Made by a program: the position numbers and the translations under genes. Of a stretch of DNA of 64,000 nt, positions 25,713-35,597 are shown in pieces; within the stretch, counting starts at the first letter, position 1; each line of letters starts with the position of its first letter. This DNA is from Callorhinchus milii (lineage: Eukaryota). The DNA lies in the NCBI RefSeq assembly GCF_018977255.1, contig NW_024704749.1, forward strand, positions 4,092,001 to 4,156,000. Direction: 5' to 3'. The notes under the pieces are model-generated. The model was not told the origin of the DNA, made no database searches, and was given only the letters and a program-made list of their open reading frames with translations.

Positions 25713-27129
25713 CCAACAATCTTGCGCCTCTGCCTGTTTCCATCCCATCATTAAATGGGCAATGCTGCAACAGAGAACATTTACACTCCCACATACACGT
25801 TCAGGAAATCTCACGTTTATCCGATGCAGTGGGATCCAAAATAAGATACTGTTTAACAACTCTTTTGTAAAAAAAAATGTTTACTTCCTAACCTTTTTGC
25901 AGCCTTATTTCTCAAGCGAACAAAAAAATCAAAACGTTTAGCATAATCAAGTCGGTGAATTTTGTATTTCAAACTTGACGGTTCAAATCTTCGTGACGTA
26001 ACCTATGATTGTAGATTCCTGTGTTCAAAACTCAGCTGGTAGAATATTTCTCTAATACATAAAAGTGACCTGGTTTTCTGATACAAAAAGATAATAAGTA
26101 AATTATTAAAAACATTTGTGTTTTTTGCAACTATCAAAGTTTTAATATATTCCAGTAGATCGACTTGTACGTTCAGCGGTTATTTTGAATGGCAATAGAG
26201 GTTTCAAATGGTGTGCCAGCGGAACGAGATTGCTCTCTTGTTCCACCTTTATAGAAGTGACTTCCTCACGCGGCAGCGTCTGGAAGTTGATGTGATTGTG
26301 GATTCTCAAGATACGGAGTGCATCTGACAAAAGAAAACCGGAAATTCTCAGTCAGAGAGTCCTCCCGTAAGGCTACAATCTGCAATAAAGCTTTGATGTA
26401 ATTGTCTTGTGTAATGTGTCTGAAGCACTGAAACGCACTTGGAACACCTCGACATAGCTGCTAAGATTCCAAGTACTGTATTTTCTGAGACTTCTGTGAC
26501 CTATCCATCATTCCTTTTCAGCACCAGCTCCCAAATGTTCCACAAAGAAATTGTACCATTAATCATTTTTAAAAAAACAGTAGAATACACGGGGAGGGGG
26601 AGATGAAGGTTATGTGTGTTTCTGAGACTTCTTCCCCCAAACATTGTTCAAGAAATGTTAATTTCTTTACGGCTGCTACGTTTCGCCCACAAAATAAACA
26701 GTCAATTCGCTTTGCAGTATATTTTGTGAAGCGCTTTGAGTCGTCTCAACAATGTGATGAGGCACTATATGAAGTGCAAGGATTATTATTATTAATGTAA
26801 CCACGTGTTGGGAGTTTGGAGGCTGTGCTGACGGGCAAAGGTTTGAGGAGATTAAAAACGCGTGGAGCTGTTTGTACATGTTTGACTTTTTGAGAAACGT
26901 GAATTGGAACACGTTTATTCTGTGAATTGAGGGCATTAAAAAGGTCATGAACGTAAACCTCTCCCGAGACTCTTGTGTCTGTTATGAGCGGTTCGAAACG
27001 GTTCGTATTCCGGGAAGAAAGAAATAAGGTTTGGTTCAAAACTGCGGAGAGAGGAAGCCATCGTTTTCGCAAAACCAAACTCTTCGAAGTAAGATTTTAA
27101 AAAAATCGTGTTATTGATATCAAAACCCA

Positions 27130-27296
27130 CGATCGAGTATGTATTTGAATACGTGAAAAGGGGGGGAAAAAAATCGCAGGTTTATGGGAGAAGAGCGGAG
27201 GAATGGGACGAGTTGGGAAAGCTCTCTCCCAAGAGCCGACCCGGGACGCGCGATGAGCCGAATGGCCTCCTTCTGCGCTGTAAGATTCTGTGATTC
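27130..27296 (+). mobile_element. CR1-type LINE 3' end remnant
   Basis: Ends GAGCCGAATGGCCTCCTTCTGCGCTGTAAGATTCT, resembling chondrichthyan CR1 tails; related remnants near 39080 and 48410-48670. Confidence 0.55.
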
Positions 27297-27652
27297 CACG
27301 TAACCGTATATCACGATGTACACAGAGAAAATGTTGGGAATCTACAGCCGGTGAAGTGGTACCTGAGAGAGAGCGATGCATTCAAATGTTGGAAGGACTT
27401 GTCGTGGGAGTGTGTACTTTGTGGGAGGAAAGGGGGTTCGGCTGAGGTTGGTTTGGGGGGGGGTTGGCTTCAGGGGGGAGTTTGCTGGGGTTGGGTTCAA
27501 TTGGTTGGGATTTGGGGGTTGCGTTGGGGTTGGGTTGGGGGTTGGGGTTCAGTTGGTTAGGGTTTGGGTGGGGGTTGGGGTCCGGTTGAGGGTTGGGGTC
27601 CGGTCGGGGGTTGGGGATCGGTTGGGGTTGGGGTCCGGTTGAGGTTGGGGTC

Positions 27653-27945
27653 GGCCCGGCAGCGCCCCCCCTGGTGAGGCCCGGCAGCGCCCCCCCCGGT
27701 GAGGTCCGGCAGCGCCCCCCCCTGGTGAGGCCCGGCAGCGCCCCCCCTGGTGAGGCCTGGCAGCGCCCCCCTGGTGAGGGAGGCCCGGCAGCGCCCCCCC
27801 TGGTGAGGCCCGGCAGCGCCCCCCCTGGTGAGGCCCGGCAGCGCCCCCCCCCCCCCTGGTGAGGCCCGGCAGCGCCCCCCCTGGTGAGGCCCGGCAGCGC
27901 CCCCCCTGGTGAGGCCCGGCAGCGCCCCCCGCTGGTGAGGCCCGG
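27653..27945 (+). repeat. About 11 copies of a 24-25-bp GC-rich unit GGCCCGGCAGCG(C)nTGGTGA, preceded by a GGGGTT-rich tract from 27430
   Basis: Direct tandem repeat without spacers. Confidence 0.92.
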
Positions 27946-28027
27946 GAGGGGGAGGGGGGGAGGAGCAGCTCCTCCTCCTGACGCCGCCGCCGCCGCCCTG
28001 AGGCCTGAGGTCGGGCCGCGGGAGGGG

Positions 28028-28189
28028 ATGTGGCGCCGCCTGGTGCCGGACAGGGCCGCCTGGCCTCGGGCCGGAGGGGTGGGTCCGGCCACCTGGCGAG
28101 GGATCCACCGGCCCCCAACGGGGAGACCAGAGAGGCCGAGAGAGCGCGGGGGTCAGGCCGGGCAGCGCGACAGGGGAGCCCGGGGCCTG
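28028..28189 (+). CDS. GATC: Glutamyl-tRNA(Gln) amidotransferase subunit C, exon 1 (Arg-rich presequence)
   Basis: [21 protein letters not shown]; donor GTGAGC phase 0; join 28028-28189,29861-29911,30235-30404,30723-30826,31622-31686 = 183 aa. Confidence 0.75.
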
Positions 28190-28202
28190 GTGAGCGGCCG
28201 CG

Positions 28203-28613
28203 CTCTGTCTGTCTGTGTCTCTCTGTCTGTGTCTGTCTCTGTCTGTCTCTCACTGTCTGTCTGTCTCTCTGTGTCTGTCTGTGTCTCTCTGTCTGTCTGT
28301 GTCTGTCTGTGTCTCTGTCTCTCTCTCACTGTCTGTCACTCACTGTCTGTCTGTCTTTCTGTGTCTGTCTGTGTCTCTCTGTCTGTCTGTGTCTATCTGT
28401 GTCTCTGTCTCTCTCTCACTGTCTGTCTGTCTGTCTCTCACTGTCTGTCTCTCTGTGTCTGTCTGTGTCTCTGTCTCTCTCTCACTGTCTGTCTCTCACT
28501 GTCTGTCTGTCTCTCTGTGTCTGTCTGTGTCTCTGTCTGTCTCTCTCTCTGTCTATCTGTGTCTCTTTCTATCTGTCTGTCTGTCTCTCACTGTCTGTCT
28601 GTCTCTGTGTCTA

Positions 28614-28644
<31 letters not shown>

Positions 28645-28762
28645 ATCTGTGTGTGTCTTTCTCTCTCTCTGTCTGTCTTCCTGTCTTTCTCTCTCTGACT
28701 ATCTCTATCTGTCTCTCACTGTCTCTCTCTATGTCTCTCTCTGTCTGTCTCTGTCTCTCTGT
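28203..28762 (+). repeat. Compound (TGTC)/(TC) microsatellite in GATC intron 1
   Basis: About 560 bp of TC/TGTC repeats. Confidence 0.95.
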
Positions 28763-29860
28763 TTGTGGTTATTTACAGATTCAGATTCTGAGTGTTTTAC
28801 TGCAGAATAACGTTACCTCCAATTTTCGCTCCTCTGATTACAATAATAATCGTTGTAAAAATTTGATATAGGGCCTTATCGCGTCGTCGAGACGTCTCAA
28901 AGCGCTTCACGGGATAGACTGTAGACTGCGTACTTTGTGGCCGAAATGCAGCAGCCGATTTGCAGACAGCAAAGTTCCCCAAACAACCTTTCTTCCCTCC
29001 CTCTCCTAAACTTCACCCGACAAGTTGTGTGAGTCTCAGCAGCAGACTGTTCGACTGCAGAGGGCATCGCAGTCAAAGTTGACCCCGGCCGGGCCTTTCC
29101 CCGGAATGGGAATATCTTCCCGTTAAGGAAGTGGAAGGTCCCTGGATAGCAATTGGGGGCAGGAACCGTGGCTGCTGTCTGTCGCCCTGGGCTGCCGAGG
29201 CCAATTGTAACACCAATTTTGAGCTCATTGTCTGAGCTGAAGGTCCAATGCAGCGTTGGGGGTGGGCGGGAGGATGTTGCATGGTTGGAGGTGCCAACCT
29301 TCAGATGAGACGTTAAATTGCGGCGCCGTCTGCCTCTTCAGGTGGACACTCATCATCCCTCGGCACAATTCAAAAAGAGAGGGGAGTTTCCACAACAACA
29401 ACAAGATTACATTTGTATAGCGCCTTTCACGTCGGGAGGACGTCCCAAGGCGCCGGATGGACAGTGTGCAGCATTTTCAATTACCCCCAAATAAAATTAG
29501 TCACGGTTGTGGGATCTTTAACACCCACCTGAACAGGCAGACGAGATCTCGGTTTAACATCTCATGCGAAGAACGACACCTCTATCAATGTAGTGCACCC
29601 CAAGCACTCTACTGGAGCGGCAGCCTGGACTGTTGAGTTATTATTAATAGAGCTAAACAATGGCACAAAAAGAATTCAGTAAAGTGGACTCAGTGATCCG
29701 GATGGTCTAATCCTGTTCTTGTGTACTGTGCGTGGCAGTCTGTAGTGAGAACTGTGAAGCTAATACCTTGCATTTTGTCTGTGTGTCGACGGAACAACCT
29801 GGGTGCAGTTCCACAGGTCAGTGTGGGAGCATTTCAGCTTTGTGTTATTGATCTCTGTAG

Positions 29861-29911
29861 GTGCCACAAGCTCCAACCTGGCAAGCGCTCGAGGAGCATC
29901 AACTCCCAGAG
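29861..29911 (+). CDS. GATC: GATC exon 2
   Basis: VPQAPTWQALEEHQLPE; CTCTGTAG acceptor, GTAGGC donor, 51 nt, phase 0/0. Confidence 0.8.
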
Positions 29912-30234
29912 GTAGGCAACCCATTTCCAGACACTAATTTCTGGTTTATGGTAAGAAGAATAATCCTTGCATTTGATTGTAGCGCCTTGTCACTTTGTTG
30001 AGGCGTCTCAAAGTGCTTCACGGGATATGTGACTGTTTTTTGTGGGTGAAACAAGTAGCCAGTTTGCGCGCAGCAATGTCCCCCAAACAGCCATGAAGTC
30101 ACTGAGTGACCAATTTTACCTGGGAGGAATTGTTGGCCAAATTGTTGTGAAGTGCTTTTGAAACCTCCCCCTCACCCCAACGACGTGAAAGACACCATAT
30201 AAATGTAAATTGTATTGTGTTGGAACAATTGCAG

Positions 30235-30404
30235 AGAACGGAAGTGACTCCGGATATGATTGACCATCTGGAACGGCTGGCACTTGTAGATTTTCAGAAC
30301 CAGGAGGGTGTGGAGACACTGGCAAAGGCCATACAGTTCGCTGATCGGCTTCACCTTGTGGACACTGAGGGAGTGGAGCCCATGGATTCAGTCCTGGAGG
30401 ACAG
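30235..30404 (+). CDS. GATC: GATC exon 3
   Basis: [46 protein letters not shown]; donor GTAAGA. Confidence 0.95.
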
Positions 30405-30722
30405 GTAAGAGAGCAGAGAATTTTTTTGGGGTGGGGTGAGTGTGTGCATGTGACTGTCATTTTGCTTCCCTCCTCTCCTGCTGCTGTAATATCATGCTGG
30501 GTATCAGTGATCACAACCCTCGCTAATGATCTCTCCCCTAGTCTGGTCATTTATTGACATACTGACTTTCCGTTCAGCCACAAAAACAGTCACTGCACTG
30601 TGCAGTATATCCCATTGAGCACCTTGGGACGCCGTCCCGACGTGAAAAGCGCTTTACCAAATGTAAGGATTATCATTATTGTTACCTGCTGTTGAGATAA
30701 GATCTTTGTCTTTCTTCCGCAG

Positions 30723-30826
30723 ATGTTTGTACCTGCGTGTGGACGAGGTCACTGAGGGTTACTGTGCAGAGGTGCTGCTCAGCGGCGCGAGCCAAGTTGT
30801 AGAGGAATACTTTGTGGCCCCACCAG
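30723..30826 (+). CDS. GATC: GATC exon 4
   Basis: [34 protein letters not shown]; TTCCGCAG acceptor. Confidence 0.95.
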
Positions 30827-31621
30827 GTACTTTTGGGTATCCTAACCTCTGCAGGTGTTTTCTGTACAACAACAAATTACATCTGTACAGCGCCTTTCAC
30901 GTCAGGAGGACATCCCAAGGCACTGGACAGTCAGGGATCCGCACCCAAGCTGGTGCTTGGGATCAGGAGGGGTGGGGGGCTAGGAAGGATAGTGCAATTG
31001 CACTTAGTGCAATTCCTGTACAGGGAGGAATTGGCCATGGTCTCTGCTGGAAAGTGTACGGATCTCACCTGAGGACATACAACCAGTTGAATAGCCTGCC
31101 GCTACTCCCTGCATAGTTTGGCACGTGCAGGATAATGATAATCCTTGCACTCGGTGTAGCATCTTATCATGTCTCACAGCGCTTCACAGAATATATTGTC
31201 AAGTGGACTATATATTTTGTGGGCGAAACAATGGCCATTTAGATGATGTATCGAGGGGTACAGGCACAAAAAGAAATGTGACCCTGGGAAGCACATCTTC
31301 AAGTGACAAGGGTGAGAAACAAAATGGTTTGTACGATTATCAGGACTCCGGAGATTTTGTTGAACCTTGAAAGATTAGCAGCTATCAGTTTTTCCACGAA
31401 ACATCACTGTGTTCTAATTTGTTGCGTAATTTTTTTAGTTTTGCGAAGCTAAGAGGGTGCAAAAAGCACTGATGATTGATTTACACCATGGACATTTGTA
31501 GTAATATTTATACCATGATATTGCTGTGGTAGGTACTGCAGTATAGCAATGTATTGCGTAGTGTTGCTGGGATTGTGTTCATCTACATAATTGTAATACT
31601 ATATATCATTCTCTTTTCCAG

Positions 31622-31686
31622 GCAACATCCCACTGCCAAAAAAAGAAGAGAGAGAATCTTTTGGAGTGCAGAATTGTGACTGGTAA
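31622..31686 (+). CDS. GATC: GATC exon 5
   Basis: GNIPLPKKEERESFGVQNCDW*; TTTTCCAG acceptor; AATAAA at 31975-31980. Confidence 0.9.
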
Positions 31687-31791
31687 AAGAATGCCAAGTC
31701 ATCAATAATAGACAATATTTATCAAAGAAGTAAATCATTCTTAAACTGGAAGGATTTGAAATTCAGTCTTTCCCATAGACTGCTTGAAATC

Positions 31792-31928
31792 ACCTGACAT
31801 TGTTCCCTTGAGGGTCACACTCTGTATGAATAATGCCAACTTGTGCAAGGTCTCAAAGGGTAAAATGTACTGGTCGACTGATACCCAAGGAAAAGAACCA
31901 AATCAAAACACGTTCAGAAGATGGTGAC
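31792..31928 (+). repeat. 137-bp direct duplication, copy A
   Basis: Gapless match to 33049-33185 with 16 mismatches by manual alignment. Confidence 0.95.
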
Positions 31929-33048
31929 AATGGCCATTGAATGTGGAGTTTGAGGATTTTAGAGAAACCTTTCAAATAAAAATGTTTTTCTTGTCCTAAA
32001 AGATAGTGTTTTAACAATGCCACATCATGTCGAAACATCTCAATCCATTTCATGAGTCACAAGACTTGTTTTCGTAGCTAAATTTGTGGAAAGGGAATGG
32101 ACACAGATAAAATGAGCACACGTGTGGCTATTCCACAAATTCTGTCATATTATTGTGAAAATAATCGGGGAAATGTTAAGCCATGCATGAATGGAAAGCC
32201 ACAATGCATGATTTTTTTACTATTTCCATTCCAATGACAGAAACCCTTTATATTTGACAATATTGACTTATTGCAATAATTCTGCTGGTTGCTTACACGG
32301 CAGTCATTTACAGTGATCTCTTTAGTTAGCGGCCACTCAATTTGCCTGCTCTAATAATAATAATCCTTGCATTTGATGTAGCGCTTTTCACATCTTCAAG
32401 ACATCTCAGAGCACTTCATAAATATGCTGTAAAGTGAATTGACTGTATATTTGTGGGCGAAACGCGGCAGCCAATTGCGCACAGCAGCGTTCCACAAACA
32501 GTCGTGGATTGAAAATGACCAATTTATTATTGTTTTTGGAGGGATTATTATTAGGCGTGTGGATTCATCTGCCAAACTCTGCTCTTGTTGGTTCCCTCCC
32601 CAAGCTCAACAAGGAAAAAGCATACTTAAATATAATAATCCTTGCATTTGATATGGCACCTTATCATGTCATTGAGACATCTCCAAGCACTTCGCAGAAT
32701 ATACTGTAGAGTGAATTAACTGTGTATTTTGTGGACAAAACATGGCAACATGATGTCTTCCATTTCCATACAATAATTCTGAGAATATTGGCATTCATTT
32801 TCCTTGGATACTTTGAAACAAATCATTCGGCAACTTTTTTTTAAAAATGCTCACGTCCCTGCAGGAAGTGACTGCTAGATTTCACTCAGATAATAAACAC
32901 ACTTTTGTGTATTTGTTAACCGGTTTCTTTAAACAGCTGAGTTGCGGAATGAGTGGCTGAATAGTACACAGAGCCGGCAGCTGTGATAGAGCAGGTGGCT
33001 GAAAGATATTTGTGTGTATGGATAGCAAACGAGGCAAGATTTGGTTCA

Positions 33049-33185
33049 ACCTGACATTGTTCCCTTGAGGGTCACACTCTACATGAATAACGCCAACTTC
33101 TGCGAGATCTCGAAGGATAATATGTGCTAATCGAACGACACCCAAGGAAAAGAACCAAATCAAAACACATTCAGAAGATGGTGAC
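33049..33185 (+). repeat. 137-bp direct duplication, copy B
   Basis: Gapless match to 31792-31928. Confidence 0.95.
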
Positions 33186-33996
33186 GAAAAGACATTTAAC
33201 TACAACTAATTTTATTTTAAACCTCCCCCCCCCCACCCCGTTTCCCTTAACTCGAGCAGATAATAATCCTTGCATTCATAGGCAACTTGGGGAAAGGGAA
33301 TGGACATGATAAAAGTGGCAATATTGAACTATCACCACTTGGCTGTATAACATTAAAGTGTCTAAAAGCACTTCAGTGCTGCCAAGTGTAATGACTATAG
33401 GCAATTCTGCACACGGATGATCAATGATACCATATTAAGTGCCCATTCCCTCATCCAAGTGACCATCCTTTAATCAAGCCTAGCCAACAACTCATTTGTC
33501 CAAGGGGGAAAAAAAACCAAGTCCAACCCTTCCTCACCAAAACCACACTCGCGCATTTTCTACACAAGATAATTTGATAGCAATCAAGAGGGATAAATAA
33601 CCCAGACTGTTTATTTCATCTCCCTAGGCAAAAAAGGCCAATTGCAATAACTTGCATCTGTGTAGTCACCCTCGTCCCATCCTAACCAATGCCAGCTATC
33701 TCAAGACTTTATTCAGACTGGAGATCGAATCAATAATTCCTGGTTTATATGTGGCTCACCTTCACACTGGGCAGGCAGTAGCTTTAACAAGCAAATCTTG
33801 TTGTGAACAAACAACATACATTAAGTTTGCTGTGGAGGCAGATAAAGTAGGCAGAACTACAAGGTGACTGAAAGAGTCAATAAAAAAGAAAACACAAGTT
33901 TATTTCAAAGCATCTCCCGAAATATTGAATCGAAGAAAACTAACTGCCGTGATGGAATGTGGGTTAAAAGAAAATCAGTTTTGACTATGCAAGTCC

Positions 33997-34146
33997 TCAT
34001 CTATATTGGGATCTCGGTGAATACCGAGGGGAGCTTCTGCTACGATAAGGAGAATAACGACCTCTTGAAAGAGACCTTGATCTTGATCGGCTGTAACTGG
34101 AACTTCTGGGTTTGTCTGCACGCACTCGAATATAAGCTGTTTCTCC
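33997..34146 (-). CDS. SRSF9: SRSF9 last coding exon (end of RRM2 and RS domain)
   Basis: [49 protein letters not shown]; TCTTACAG acceptor. Confidence 0.93.
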   Translation of the reverse strand, partial: GETAYIRVRADKPRSSSYSRSRSRSLSRGRYSPYRSRSSPRYSPRSQYR

Positions 34147-34236
34147 CTGTAAGAGAAATGGTCACCGTTAATGCTATGAACACTGCATGCGCGCGCGCAC
34201 ACACAATCTATGGAATACACAGAAAGTAATGAGTAC

Positions 34237-34588
34237 AATAATAATACTTGAATTTGATATAGTGCCTTATGGCTTTGGGCTGTCACAAGGCGCTTCACGT
34301 AATATATTGTAGTGAATTGAGAATTGAAATGCAGCAGCTAATTGTGCACAGCAGTGTCTCACAAATAGTCGTGGATTGATTGAATACTTTTTGTGGGGGC
34401 GAGGGGGAGGGTTATTATCCACGGAAAGCGACCCGCCAATCGACTAACAACCGGGTTCCTAATTACTGCAAGGCAAACAGGTGTGTGGGAGTAAGGAAAC
34501 TTGCCTCAGGTTTTGTCCCGCCCAGGAATCAAACCCGGGTCCTCATGCTTGTGAGCTGAGGGCGCTAACCACTACTCTATAGGACCCC
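34237..34588 (-). mobile_element. Full-length tRNA-derived SINE (long form)
   Basis: Head, middle and tail on the reverse strand. Confidence 0.88.
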
Positions 34589-34936
34589 AACACAGAACTA
34601 AATGAATAGTACAAGCAAGATTCCAGTATTTTAATGTCAATTTTTCCTTTACAGCTGTTTTATAGACAGACAGCAAGTAATCCATTATACCAAAATAACA
34701 TTTTGCAGAATGAATTTGTAGCAATTTTCACTAAATAAAATGTATAATCTTGATGACTTCCACTAGGTTACACTCCTTTCTGTCCATGGCAAATAGATAA
34801 ACTATGACCGTAAAAAGTATTTTCTCCCGCTCCCACCCCCTCCATCTAAAATATAGCTGGTATAAACAGGTAAGTGTATTGTCACAGAAATCCAACCAGT
34901 CCAGAGGGACCTGTCCGATTATAGTCTAGTGAAATA

Positions 34937-35597
34937 CAGTAAAACTTGCACAAGTATTATCTTTATAAATCGTACAACAACATTACATTTGTATGGCGCC
35001 TTTCAAGTCAGGAGGGTGTCCCAAGACGCTGGACACTCAGTGTTTCAGACCTGAGCTGGGGGTCGGGATCAGGGAGGGTGGAGGGTAATTGAAGGCACGG
35101 TCGAAGAGCAGAGTTTGAGACGGGTTTTGAAGGAGGCAAAGATGGGCGAGGTGGTGGAACCGCGGGATGGAGTTCCAGAGGATGGGGGAAAAGAATGGCT
35201 GAAGGCCTTGAAGCAGGCCGGAGCCACCTGAGCAGAGGGAGCAGGCAGGTTGGAGGTCACAGAGGTATAATCGCCAAAGTCTATATTCACCCAAGTCCTA
35301 TTCAGTTTCCGATCAAAACCACTTAAGAGTTCTTTGTACTTGTATTAATCACCTCCCAATGCCGCTCCCCTATCCTCCATTACCCCTGCACTTACAGGCT
35401 GCACTGAACCGCAGGAAAAATAGTCCTGACCCATCGCCACATGCGCACCTACCGGCTGCATTGAATTACGCACACATAGTGTAGATTATTGATTAAATCG
35501 GATTTTATACGATTTATAGTTTGCCTGAATTTGGACTTCGCTCAAGTCATATTAAATGTTAGGGTCCCAACTGATACGACTTATGCAAGTTTTACTG
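34937..35597. mobile_element. Tc1/mariner-pogo-like non-autonomous element with a nested L2 3' fragment (about 34975-35290, minus)
   Basis: TA|CAGTAAAACTTGCACAAGT ... ACTTATGCAAGTTTTACTG|TA: 19-bp TIRs with one mismatch and a TA target duplication. Confidence 0.7.

Noticed and set aside
27653-27945. CRISPR-like array (also 22541-23005)
   Set aside because: Units are contiguous with no unique spacers, there are no cas genes, and the context is a vertebrate genome
33049-33185. H/ACA snoRNA call for the 137-bp duplicate
   Set aside because: Size, 3' stem and ACA fit, but an ANANNA box is present in only one copy, the 5' hairpin is weak and the location is not clearly intronic; kept only as an unexplained duplication
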